Part shown: positions 1 through 9,822 of the stretch, piece by piece
How the letters are laid out: the number at the start of each line of letters is the position of its first letter
Position numbering within the stretch: position 1 is the stretch's first letter
Assembly: GCA_036309165.1 (NCBI GenBank)
Contig: JAXJUI010000053.1
Coordinates: 1,447-65,446 of the forward strand
Source of the DNA: Agathobacter sp.
Lineage (GTDB): Bacteria; Bacillota; Clostridia; Lachnospirales; Lachnospiraceae
Length of the DNA stretch: 64,000 nt
Reading direction: 5' to 3'
Made by a program: the position numbers and the translations under genes
Notes under the pieces: generated by a model
The model's input: the letters and a program-made list of their open reading frames with translations, nothing else
The model's database searches: none
Told to the model about the DNA's origin: nothing

Positions 1-710
1 ATAACACAAAGGATAAAACTGACTTTTCTTTCTTTTCTTTTAACAACAACAGTTTGTGTCGTATTTCTAATAAAGGTGGCGATGTCACGATTTTAGATGA
101 AGATCCATGTATTTATGCATCACTAATTGGAAACTACATCTACTATCTGCATTACGATAAAAAACAAGCCACAACCCTTTATCGAATCAAAATCGATGGT
201 ACACAAAAAGAACAGGTAATGGATCATTATGTTTTTACCTGTTCTGCACTTGAAGACTGTTTTTACTATAATGGATTATCTGACGGTTCCATTTATCAGT
301 ACAACACAAGTGATGAATCAAATCACATGATTTACAACTGTAATGGATATAAACCAATTCTTACTAGTGAAAACGATTTATACTATTTAGATGTAGATGA
401 TAATTTTTCTTTAGTACATACAAATATCAGCTATGATAATCCAACTGTTTTGTCAGATGAAAGCATTGATTTATACAACGTGTATGGAAGCTATATTTAT
501 TTCCAAACCAATTCAGATGAACCAGCACTTTGCCGTATTAAAAATGATGGTTCTGGTTTTGAACAGCTTCTCTTGGGAACATATACAAATATTCATGTCA
601 CCTCGCAATATTTATATGTAACTGATTTTAAAACAGGAATTGTACAATATACATCCACATCAAATCCTGGTGAATTCATTCAATTCCATCCAGGGGTGAT
701 TAAAGAGTAG
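1..710 (+). CDS. DUF5050-like beta-propeller repeat protein, 5'-truncated by window edge
   Basis: Frame is open from base 3 to TAG at 708-710. Repeated 'GNYIYY/GSYIYF...LYRIKIDG/LCRIKNDG' blades. Confidence 0.7.
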   Translation, partial: NTKDKTDFSFFSFNNNSLCRISNKGGDVTILDEDPCIYASLIGNYIYYLHYDKKQATTLYRIKIDGTQKEQVMDHYVFTCSALEDCFYYNGLSDGSIYQYNTSDESNHMIYNCNGYKPILTSENDLYYLDVDDNFSLVHTNISYDNPTVLSDESIDLYNVYGSYIYFQTNSDEPALCRIKNDGSGFEQLLLGTYTNIHVTSQYLYVTDFKTGIVQYTSTSNPGEFIQFHPGVIKE

Positions 711-746
711 GCAAAATCCATTTTTAAATCTCTGCAAAAATCAAAT

Positions 747-780
747 TGGAAGATGGAAATATTAATTATTCCATCTTCCA
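747..780. terminator. Hairpin between convergent genes (probable bidirectional terminator)
   Basis: Perfect 12-bp stem TGGAAGATGGAA/TTCCATCTTCCA with 10-nt loop; U-tracts are weak. Confidence 0.6.
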
Positions 781-847
781 TATCACTTTATCAGCTTAAT
801 TTTTTGTGTTTTCTAATTCTTATTTCTCGAATTCGACAACTTGGGAT

Positions 848-1312
848 TTATTTTATTGACATCACATACACCTGACAAGGATTCCACTCATCCCATAAAG
901 TTGGAAATACTTCGAACTCCTTAAACCCCAATGACAAGTAAAACATATTAGTATTGTCATAGTCTTCATACTTACCCATTTGTACTGTTTTAACTTGAAT
1001 AAAAGAATATCCATTTATCTTGGCAGATTCATAAGCCACGTTAAATAAAGTTCTTCCAATTCCCTTGCGATGATATTCTTTTCGAACCCCCATAACATAT
1101 AATTCGACTGTATCTTTTCCAGTCTCATACAAGTACAAAAATCCAATGATTTTATCGTCATCATAAGCACACCAGAATAATTGATTAACACTCTTTGTAA
1201 TGTATTCTTCTCTTGCCTCTGGAATTCCAAACCAATCTTCAAGAGATTCTAGCACTTCTCTTGTCACTTTCCTTTTTTCTTCTTGTTCTTGTAATTGAAC
1301 TATTCTAATCAA
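848..1312 (-). CDS. GNAT family N-acetyltransferase
   Basis: Acetyl-CoA motif 'GVRKEYHRKGIGRTL' and 'FYLSLGF'. TTG start with AGGAG SD 8 nt upstream. Confidence 0.85.
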   Translation of the reverse strand: MIRIVQLQEQEEKRKVTREVLESLEDWFGIPEAREEYITKSVNQLFWCAYDDDKIIGFLYLYETGKDTVELYVMGVRKEYHRKGIGRTLFNVAYESAKINGYSFIQVKTVQMGKYEDYDNTNMFYLSLGFKEFEVFPTLWDEWNPCQVYVMSIK

Positions 1313-1406
1313 AATATTTTCTCCTTACAAATTCCTAATTATCTGCATCTTCTTGCCCTTCGGACGAGAAGCATCCCTCGCTCTAAAGAGCTCGGTCAAT
1401 TGTTTT

Positions 1407-1898
1407 TTAGGATTGAATGCTATGATTATTCTCGATAATTTGTACTCTTTCTCTAACAAATCTAAATACTTTTACATTACCATCCATTTCAACAGAATCT
1501 ATGCGAAAGAAACATTTTTTTGTATAAAACTTCACATTTTCTTCTTTGTCTGCCGGAGTTATTAATGTAAACTTCTCCCAATCATCATAATGTGACAACG
1601 CATAATTGAATGCTTTTGTTCCAATTCCCTTTCTCTGAAATTCAGGTATTATACATAAACAACCAACTTCATATTGCTTTGTTTCTACCTTCTTACAGGA
1701 GATTACACCAACAGGTTTTTCATCACAAAGAATAATAAACTTTGGGAAATTAATTATTGACTTTTTCATCATTTCCTTTGTTTTTCCATATCCTGGACAC
1801 TCTCCGTATTTTATGTAATCACTATAAAAAGCCGCGTTATAAATGTCTATAAGTAATTCTGCATCTTCAATATCTGCTTTTCTGTATTCAATTTCCAT
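1407..1898 (-). CDS. GNAT family N-acetyltransferase
   Basis: 'CIIPEFQRKGIGTKA' motif and 'NVKFYTKKCFF'. Start moved to MEIEYRK (1898), which has an AGGGG SD. Confidence 0.85.
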   Translation of the reverse strand: MEIEYRKADIEDAELLIDIYNAAFYSDYIKYGECPGYGKTKEMMKKSIINFPKFIILCDEKPVGVISCKKVETKQYEVGCLCIIPEFQRKGIGTKAFNYALSHYDDWEKFTLITPADKEENVKFYTKKCFFRIDSVEMDGNVKVFRFVRERVQIIENNHSIQS

Positions 1899-1940
1899 AC
1901 AACCCCCTATAAAAATAGAATAATTTTTCTGAGACATTAA

Positions 1941-2002
1941 GCATGACAAATGGGCGCTCCTTATGACAAAAGGGCTATCCTCGTGGCAAAAAGAACGTCC
2001 CC
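1941..2002. repeat. Three tandem imperfect 20-bp repeats (REP-like), also able to fold as a hairpin behind polC
   Basis: gcATGACAAAtgggcgcTCC / ttATGACAAAagggctaTCC / tcGTGGCAAAaagaacgTCC. Confidence 0.55.
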
Positions 2003-2006
2003 AAAA

Positions 2007-5000
2007 TCAAAAATCAAATAAAGAAAGCTGATTCGATTCTGGAATATCTCCAAAAAGATTTAAATCACTCATAAGTTCTACAATCGTTTTCGAAACTTTG
2101 GTACGCTCTCTAAAGTCATCTTTAGAAAGGAATGGTCCATCTTTTGCAGCTTCTGCAATTGCTACTGCCGCATTATCACCTAATCCATCAATAGAATTAA
2201 AAGATGGCAATAATTTTCCGTCTACAATTTGGAAACGGTTTGGATGTGATTTAAATAAATCGATTGGAAGAAATTCAAATCCACGTGCATACATTTCCTG
2301 TACAAGTCGCATATCTTTTAGCACATCCTGTTCTTTTTTCGATAAACTATCTGCCCTCGATTTATAATCCTTTAGATACACTTCGAGTTTTTCTCTTCCA
2401 AGACACATAAGCTCATAGCTAAATCCACTCGCACGTATCGAAAAATATGCTGCGTAATACGCTAAAGGATAATAAACCTTACAGTAAGCAATACGCCATG
2501 CCATCATTACATAGGCAGCTGCGTGCGCTTTCGGGAACATATACTTAATCTTTTTACATGACCAGATATACCAATCCGGTACGCCATGTGCAATCATATC
2601 TTCTTCCCATTCTGGCTTTAATCCCTTTCCTTTTCGAACCGATTCCATGATGGTGAAGGATTCTTCAGAGTCAAGTCCCATACTAATGAGGTAAATCATA
2701 ATGTCATCTCGGGTACAGATACAAGTCGAAATTGTTGCCGTCCCTTCTTGAATCAGAGTCTGTGCATTACCAAGCCAAACGTCCGTACCATGAGAAAGTC
2801 CTGCAATTCGAACCAAATCTGTAAATTCTTTTGGCTGGGTATCCATTAACATTCCCATCGCAAAATCCGTACCAAATTCTGGAATTCCAAGTGCTCCTAA
2901 CTGACATCCACCGATATCTTCCGGTGTAATACCAAGCGCTGAAGTATCCTGAAACAGTGACATAACAGCCTTATCATCCAATGGAATCTGTGTTGGGTCC
3001 ACGCCTGTTAAATCTTGCAATACACGAATCATAGTTGGATCGTCGTGTCCAAGGATATCAAGTTTTAATAAGTTGTGGTCAATCGAATGATAATCAAAGT
3101 GTGTGGTTGTAATATCCGTAGTCATATCGTTTGCCGGATGCTGAATTGGAGTAAAAGTATTAATTTCTTCCCCCATTGGCAAAACAACAATTCCACCAGG
3201 ATGTTGTCCCGTTGTTCTATGTACACCAACACACCCCATTGCAATTCGTTCCACTTCACAACTTCTCTTTCGTACACCACGCTCTTCAAAATAATTTTTT
3301 ACATATCCAAATGCTGTCTTATCTGCAAGCGTTCCAATTGTACCCGCCTTATAAGTCTGACCTTCACCGAAAATAATTTCCGTATACTTATGGGCTTTTG
3401 CTTGGTATTCTCCTGAGAAGTTTAAGTCGATATCCGGTTCTTTGTTCCCTTTAAATCCCAGGAAAGTCTCAAAAGGAATATCAAACCCCTCTTTTGTCAA
3501 AGGCTTACCACAATTTGGACAAATCGCATCAGGCATATCGCAGCCGCCTCGGCCCGAGAATGCTTTTACCCTTTCTGTATCAAACTCACTATATTTACAA
3601 TGCTTACACAAATAATGGGCTTGAAGAGGATTAACTTCTGTAATACCAGACATCGTTGCAGCAAACGAACTTCCTACCGAACCACGCGAACCTACCAGAT
3701 AACCATCTTCATTTGATTTCCAAACCAGTTTCTGTGCGATAATATACATAACCGCATATCCATTACTAATAATGGAATTTAATTCTCTTTCTAATCTGGC
3801 TTTTACAATTTCCGGAAGTTCTTCTCCGTACATACTATATGCCTTACGGTAACAAATATCTCGAAGCATCTGATCTGAATTTTCAATTACCGGCGGACAT
3901 TTATCTGGACGAACCGGTGAAATAAGTTCACACATATCCGCAATTTTGTTTGTATTTGTAATTACAACTTCTTCAGCCTTCGCACTTCCTAAATAAGCAA
4001 ATTCTGCCAACATCTCCTCTGTCGTTCTTAAGAATAACGGCGCCTGATCATCAGCATCTTTAAATCCTTTTCCTGCCATAATAATTCGACGATATATTTC
4101 ATCTTCCGGATTTAAAAAATGTACGTCACATGTAGCAACAACAGGTTTATCGAACTGCTCACCAAGTTTAACAATTTTTTTATTAATTGCAATCAGGTCT
4201 TCATCACTCGCAATTGGAGAATCTTCATCTCTTACCATAAATGCATTATTTCCAAGTGGCTGAATTTCTAAGTAATCATAATAGTCTACCAATCTAACAA
4301 TCTCTTCTTCTGGCCGACCATTTAAAATTGCTTTATATAATTCCCCAGCTTCACATGCTGTACCAAGTAAAAGTCCATCGCGATATTGATTAAAAAGTGA
4401 TTTAGGAATACGAGGCCTTCTATGATAATATTTTATGTGTGATTCAGAAACCAATCGATACAAATTCGTTCTTCCCTGATCACAAGTAGCTAATATAATG
4501 GCATGATAAGTTGGCAGCTTCATAATATTCTCTACTGAAGATTTTGCCATTTTGTTTACTTCATCGAGTGTATAAATGCCACGTTCTTCTAGCATGGTTA
4601 TAAACTTTACAAATATTTCTGCTGTACAAGCCGCATCATCCACTGCTCGATGATGATGCTCTAAAGATATACCAAGAATTTTTGCAACATTATCTAATTT
4701 AAATCGATTAAGCTGAGGTAACAAAACTCGTGCAAGAGCAACCGTATCCAAAATGGAAGGAGTACAATCCATTCCAAGATTTTCACAATTCTTTTTAATA
4801 AAGCTCATATCAAAGTCTGCATTATGCGCAACCATAACACATCCTTCACAAAATTCCATAAATTTTGGAAGAATCTCCTCAACTAATGGCGCATCCATAA
4901 CCATATCATCACGAATAGAAGTCAACTGTTCAATTCGAAACGGAATCGGAACCTGCGGATTAATAAAAGTAGAAAAACGATCCACTATCTTCCCATCCGA

Positions 5001-6512
5001 TACCTTAACAGCACCGATTTCAATAATCTTATTCTTTTCCGGACTAAATCCTGTTGTTTCAATATCAAAAACAACATAATCATCCAATAAACTTTGGTTT
5101 TTACTATTCACAACAATATCTTTTGTATCATCTACAAGATATGCTTCTACCCCATAAATAATTTTAATCGGATCATCCTTTTGTAAAGAATGAAGTGCTT
5201 CCGTAAATCCCTGTACATCACCATGATCTGTAATTGCAATTGCTTTATGTCCCCAGGCTCTCGCGCAACTGATAATATCTTTTGCATCAGATACCCCATC
5301 CATATCACTCATTTTAGTATGACAATGAAGTTCCACACGTTTTTCCGCACTATTATCCATACGAGAGCTTGTAAAGTCAGGAATCTTCTTCACTCCAACA
5401 ATTGAAGTAATTCCAAGCTCACCATCATATTTATCTACATTCGCAACACCTTTTACTTTAATGAAACCACCTTTTTTGATTGTTCCAAGCAATTCTGGAA
5501 CATCATCATTTCGTGCAAACATTTTAAGCACAATCGTATCTGTAAAGTCTGTCATCGAAAAAATAATGATTGTCTTCTCGTTTCTAATTTCCCTTGTTTC
5601 TACAGACAATATTTTCCCTCGAATTACAACCTCACCGATAGGCCCATCTATTTTTTCTATATCTAGTGTTTCTTCTTCAAAATCTCTTCCATACACAACA
5701 TCTGGATTTGTAGACTTTTTAACAGAATCTCGTTCAAATTTCTTGCGAAATTCTCCTTTTTTCTCAAAGGCATTTTTCCTATTTGCAAGATTTCCTTCAT
5801 CTTCTAGTACTTTTGCATCATTTTTTTCTACACTACCACTAGTGTTATTTGTCGATAAAGCAACATTTTCTTGTGGTTTTTCTACATTTTCTTCAGATGT
5901 AATTTCCTGATTTTCTTCCTGATTACATCCAAATTTCGTACGTGCAATGATGTTTTGCACCTCTTGTTCAATCTGTTTCTCTGAATTCTTACGATGCTTA
6001 CTTAATTTAGGTTCTCTAAGCTCAACATCTAGTATCATATCCATACCACAACGTTCGCAAATAACCTTCTCCAAAAACTCTATAATCTCTTGTGATTTGG
6101 TTTTTACAATAAAGGTTTCTTCCAACGAAAGCTTTACTTTCTTATCACCTTCAAACTCAAATTTTCCAGTCCGAAGTGCACTTGCTTCCATTTGACTATA
6201 CTGTTGTAATTCTTCAATGATACTATCAAAATATTCATCAAATAAAGCTTCTAGAGTATACTGTCCCGAAAGTGTAAATGTCTCAATAATTTTGACATCT
6301 TTATATTTATCTCGAAAAATCTGCTCTGCAATCAGTTTCTCTAATTTCCATATATTCTTTTTAAAAATCAGTCTTTCTGCATGCAAATAAATGCGAATCT
6401 TGGAATGATCATGATTCGCACTTATTTTTGTTACTTCTGTTTTATTAAGCAATTGTTCCAATTCCTTATCTAAAGATAAGGAAGGAAATGTTTCAAGAAA
6501 TGCTTTAGACAT
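2007..6512 (-). CDS. polC: DNA polymerase III subunit alpha, PolC type
   Basis: PHP 'VELHCHTKMS', embedded exonuclease 'VFDIETTG', 'GSRGSVGSS', 'PDIDLNF', 'YMFPKAHA'; 1501 aa. Confidence 0.98.
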   Translation of the reverse strand: MSKAFLETFPSLSLDKELEQLLNKTEVTKISANHDHSKIRIYLHAERLIFKKNIWKLEKLIAEQIFRDKYKDVKIIETFTLSGQYTLEALFDEYFDSIIEELQQYSQMEASALRTGKFEFEGDKKVKLSLEETFIVKTKSQEIIEFLEKVICERCGMDMILDVELREPKLSKHRKNSEKQIEQEVQNIIARTKFGCNQEENQEITSEENVEKPQENVALSTNNTSGSVEKNDAKVLEDEGNLANRKNAFEKKGEFRKKFERDSVKKSTNPDVVYGRDFEEETLDIEKIDGPIGEVVIRGKILSVETREIRNEKTIIIFSMTDFTDTIVLKMFARNDDVPELLGTIKKGGFIKVKGVANVDKYDGELGITSIVGVKKIPDFTSSRMDNSAEKRVELHCHTKMSDMDGVSDAKDIISCARAWGHKAIAITDHGDVQGFTEALHSLQKDDPIKIIYGVEAYLVDDTKDIVVNSKNQSLLDDYVVFDIETTGFSPEKNKIIEIGAVKVSDGKIVDRFSTFINPQVPIPFRIEQLTSIRDDMVMDAPLVEEILPKFMEFCEGCVMVAHNADFDMSFIKKNCENLGMDCTPSILDTVALARVLLPQLNRFKLDNVAKILGISLEHHHRAVDDAACTAEIFVKFITMLEERGIYTLDEVNKMAKSSVENIMKLPTYHAIILATCDQGRTNLYRLVSESHIKYYHRRPRIPKSLFNQYRDGLLLGTACEAGELYKAILNGRPEEEIVRLVDYYDYLEIQPLGNNAFMVRDEDSPIASDEDLIAINKKIVKLGEQFDKPVVATCDVHFLNPEDEIYRRIIMAGKGFKDADDQAPLFLRTTEEMLAEFAYLGSAKAEEVVITNTNKIADMCELISPVRPDKCPPVIENSDQMLRDICYRKAYSMYGEELPEIVKARLERELNSIISNGYAVMYIIAQKLVWKSNEDGYLVGSRGSVGSSFAATMSGITEVNPLQAHYLCKHCKYSEFDTERVKAFSGRGGCDMPDAICPNCGKPLTKEGFDIPFETFLGFKGNKEPDIDLNFSGEYQAKAHKYTEIIFGEGQTYKAGTIGTLADKTAFGYVKNYFEERGVRKRSCEVERIAMGCVGVHRTTGQHPGGIVVLPMGEEINTFTPIQHPANDMTTDITTTHFDYHSIDHNLLKLDILGHDDPTMIRVLQDLTGVDPTQIPLDDKAVMSLFQDTSALGITPEDIGGCQLGALGIPEFGTDFAMGMLMDTQPKEFTDLVRIAGLSHGTDVWLGNAQTLIQEGTATISTCICTRDDIMIYLISMGLDSEESFTIMESVRKGKGLKPEWEEDMIAHGVPDWYIWSCKKIKYMFPKAHAAAYVMMAWRIAYCKVYYPLAYYAAYFSIRASGFSYELMCLGREKLEVYLKDYKSRADSLSKKEQDVLKDMRLVQEMYARGFEFLPIDLFKSHPNRFQIVDGKLLPSFNSIDGLGDNAAVAIAEAAKDGPFLSKDDFRERTKVSKTIVELMSDLNLFGDIPESNQLSLFDF

Positions 6513-6515
6513 TGA

Positions 6516-7598
6516 TTACTTTCCCCAGTGATCTAATTCATATTGTAATTCTGATAACAACTTATCTTCTGGAACCTTACGGTCAACTTCCCCATTTTTA
6601 ATAATTAATCCTTCGCCAATTCCTCCAGCGACACCAAGATCTGCCTCTTTTGCCTCTCCCGGGCCATTTACCACACATCCCATTACTGCAACTTTAATGT
6701 TAAGGGATGGATAATTTGCAACAAGTGTCTCTACTTTATTTGCAAGACCAATCAAATCGATTTTTGTACGTCCACAAGTCGGACATGATACAACCTCAAT
6801 TCCACCTGTACGAAGTCCAAGTGTACGAAGAATGAGTTTTGCCGACTTAATCTCTTCTACCGGGTCACCAGTTAATGAAACACGAATGGTATCACCAATT
6901 CCCTGTCCCAAAATGAGTCCTAATCCAACAGATGATTTAATATTTCCACTTATAATAGTTCCTGATTCTGTAATTCCAACATGAAGTGGATGATTGGTTC
7001 TTTCGGCAATAAGCTCATGTGCTCTTACACACATCATTACATCTGATGATTTGATGCTAATAACCAAATTATCATAACCCATATCTTCAATAATTTTGAC
7101 ATTATATAGGGCACTTTCTACGATACCTTCTGCTGTTACACCATTATATTTCTCTACCAAGTGCTTTTCTAAAGAACCACTATTTACACCAACGCGAATT
7201 GGAATATTTTTTTCTTTTGCAACATCAACAACTGCCTTAATTCGATCCACACTTCCAATATTTCCGGGATTAATACGAATTTTATCAGCCCCATTTTCCA
7301 TCGCTGCGATTGCAAGTTTATAGTCAAAATGAATATCTGCAACAAGTGGAATAGTAATCTGTTTTTTAATTTCTTTAATAGCAAGAGCTGCTTCCATAGT
7401 TGGAACTGCACAACGAACAATGTCACATCCAGCTTTCGTTAGCGCATTAATTTGTGCTACTGTAGCTTCTACATCTTCCGTTTTTGTATTTGTCATTGAC
7501 TGAATCAAAATCGGACGATCTCCACCAATTACACGATCACCAATTTTCACTTCATGTGTCTTCATCTTCTTCAAAATAATACTTTCCATATCATCCAC
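6516..7598 (-). CDS. ispG: (E)-4-hydroxy-3-methylbut-2-enyl-diphosphate synthase
   Basis: 'IQSMTNT', 'PLVADIHF', 'RINPGNIG', 'SCPTCGR', 'GCVVNGPGE'. Confidence 0.97.
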   Translation of the reverse strand: MDDMESIILKKMKTHEVKIGDRVIGGDRPILIQSMTNTKTEDVEATVAQINALTKAGCDIVRCAVPTMEAALAIKEIKKQITIPLVADIHFDYKLAIAAMENGADKIRINPGNIGSVDRIKAVVDVAKEKNIPIRVGVNSGSLEKHLVEKYNGVTAEGIVESALYNVKIIEDMGYDNLVISIKSSDVMMCVRAHELIAERTNHPLHVGITESGTIISGNIKSSVGLGLILGQGIGDTIRVSLTGDPVEEIKSAKLILRTLGLRTGGIEVVSCPTCGRTKIDLIGLANKVETLVANYPSLNIKVAVMGCVVNGPGEAKEADLGVAGGIGEGLIIKNGEVDRKVPEDKLLSELQYELDHWGK

Positions 7599-7616
7599 CT
7601 GTTTTACTTTCCTATT

Positions 7617-8651
7617 CTAAATAAATAGCTTTCGAATATCGTTAAACATAACAACCACCATAAGAAGTAACAAAAGTACAATTCCGATTAAGTGCACAAC
7701 GCCTTCTTTATTTGGGTCTATTTTCTTTCCACGAATTGCTTCTACAATAAGAAATACCATTCTTCCACCATCGAGGGCAGGAATTGGCAACAAATTCATT
7801 ACACCAAGGTTTGCAGATAACAATATTCCCCAATTTAACATATTGATAAATATGATAAATGCGCCCTCTGTGGCAGCCTGTTCATAGGTGTCGCCCATTG
7901 CACTAACAATACCTACCGGACCACTCATCTCGTTTACAGACGCCCCACCGGTAAAAAGCATTTTAATACTCTGAACTGTCGAATAAATCCAATATTTCAC
8001 TTCATAAAAACTATGCGTAAAACACTCACCCAAACTTGCTTTTTGTCTTGCAGAGGTTCCATAAAATCCGTATAAATAACGTCCTGATTCCTCATCTAAC
8101 TTTGGTGTTAAGGTTGTCGTTGTTGTCTTACCATCACGAAGATAAGTTACCTCTACCGGTTCTCCTTCATGAAACAATGAATACACACTGATTTCACGGT
8201 AAAAATGTACGCGATAATGCCCCATTTTTACAACTTCGTCACCCGCTTGCATACCTGCTTCTTCTGCAGCATAGCCTTCTAAAACATCTGTAATTACAGG
8301 TCTATCAAAACCAATACACAGCATCATAATAAAAGAAAATACAAAAGCCATGATAAAATTGAAAAATGGTCCTGCAAAAACAACACTCATTCTAGCCCAA
8401 ACAGACTTATTCGAAAAAGCTCTTCCATCTGTAGATTCTTCATCCTCGCCTTCCATCATACATGCTCCACCAAAAGGCAAAAGCTTTAAAGAATATTTTG
8501 TTTCACCTTTTGTAAATCCAACAATAGTTGGACCAAGTCCTAACGAAAATTCATTTACGCGAATTCCATTTGCCTTTGCAAGCAAAAAATGCCCTAATTC
8601 ATGAAAGAGAATAATAATACTAAATATAATAATTGCAATTAAAATCTTCAA
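7617..8651 (-). CDS. rseP: RIP metalloprotease RseP/RasP
   Basis: HELGH zinc motif, PDZ domain, 'NLLPIPALDGG'. Confidence 0.95.
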   Translation of the reverse strand: MKILIAIIIFSIIILFHELGHFLLAKANGIRVNEFSLGLGPTIVGFTKGETKYSLKLLPFGGACMMEGEDEESTDGRAFSNKSVWARMSVVFAGPFFNFIMAFVFSFIMMLCIGFDRPVITDVLEGYAAEEAGMQAGDEVVKMGHYRVHFYREISVYSLFHEGEPVEVTYLRDGKTTTTTLTPKLDEESGRYLYGFYGTSARQKASLGECFTHSFYEVKYWIYSTVQSIKMLFTGGASVNEMSGPVGIVSAMGDTYEQAATEGAFIIFINMLNWGILLSANLGVMNLLPIPALDGGRMVFLIVEAIRGKKIDPNKEGVVHLIGIVLLLLLMVVVMFNDIRKLFI

Positions 8652-8652
8652 A

Positions 8653-9801
8653 TTACCACCTACTGTTTATGAATTCATAAACTTCCTGTTCTGTCGTCAA
8701 AATTTCATCCAATGTTGGATTATCAATAAACTTACATTCGTTCATAGATTCTTCAATAATTCTTACAATGTCAAGATAAGCGATTTTTCTTTCTAAAAAC
8801 AATGCAACTGCCTTTTCATTTGCTGCATTAAATGCAGTAGGGATATTTCCTCCCCTTCCCATTGCCTCATACGCTAAAGCTAACCCTCTAAAATTCTCTG
8901 TATCAGGCTTTTCAAAGGTTAAACTTCCCATTTCAAACAAATCCAAACGTTTGCCAGAAAGATTTCTTCTTTCTGGGTAATACAAAGCATACTGGATTGG
9001 TAATCGCATATCCGGTGTACCAAGCTGCGCAATAACAGCACCATCTTCATACTCTACCGCCGAGTGAATCACACTTTGTGGATGAACAACAACCTGAATT
9101 TGCTCAAGTGTAACATCAAACAACCACTTAGCTTCCATTACTTCTAAACCTTTGTTCACAAGTGTAGAAGAATCAATTGTAATTTTTTGGCCCATTTCCC
9201 AGTTTGGATGTTTAAGGGCATCTTCAACCTGGATATTTTGTAATTCATCAACAGTTCTGCCACGGAATGGACCACCTGACGCTGTTAAAAGAATCTTATT
9301 AATTCTATTCGTTTTATTTCCTTGTAATGATTGAAAAATTGCACTATGTTCGCTATCAACCGGTAAAATAGATACACCATTTTTCTTTGCAAGTGGCATA
9401 ATAATATGCCCTGCGGTTACCAAAGTTTCCTTGTTTGCAAGAGCAATATTTTTTCCAGCTTCAATAGCTGCAATCGTTGGACGGATACCTAACATACCAA
9501 CAATAGCTGTAACAAGAATCTCTGAATCCGGATGAACAGCCACTTCAATCAAGCCATCCATTCCTGCCAAAATCGAAATATTTAAATCTTTTGTACTCTC
9601 CTTTAATGCAAGTGCATCCTCTTCCTTCCACACACTTACTAATTTAGGCCGAAATCTTCTCATCTGTTCTTCCATGAGTTTAATATTCCCACCACAGGAA
9701 AGTGCAACAACTTCGATATCTCCTTGTTCTAAAACAACTTCTAATGTTTGCGTACCAATGGATCCTGTCGAACCTAAAATCGCAATTTTTTTCATTCTCA
9801 T
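8653..9801 (-). CDS. dxr: 1-deoxy-D-xylulose-5-phosphate reductoisomerase
   Basis: 'GSTGSIG', 'LANKE', 'PVDSEH', 'HPNWEMG', 'NKGLE'. Confidence 0.97.
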   Translation of the reverse strand: MRMKKIAILGSTGSIGTQTLEVVLEQGDIEVVALSCGGNIKLMEEQMRRFRPKLVSVWKEEDALALKESTKDLNISILAGMDGLIEVAVHPDSEILVTAIVGMLGIRPTIAAIEAGKNIALANKETLVTAGHIIMPLAKKNGVSILPVDSEHSAIFQSLQGNKTNRINKILLTASGGPFRGRTVDELQNIQVEDALKHPNWEMGQKITIDSSTLVNKGLEVMEAKWLFDVTLEQIQVVVHPQSVIHSAVEYEDGAVIAQLGTPDMRLPIQYALYYPERRNLSGKRLDLFEMGSLTFEKPDTENFRGLALAYEAMGRGGNIPTAFNAANEKAVALFLERKIAYLDIVRIIEESMNECKFIDNPTLDEILTTEQEVYEFINSRW

Positions 9802-9822
9802 ATCAAATTCTCCACTTTAAAA

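Noticed and set aside
2007..6512. Intein or unusual insertion in PolC
   Set aside because: The length is explained by the N-terminal domain, charged linker, OB fold and embedded exonuclease; no splice-junction or homing-endonuclease motifs seen.
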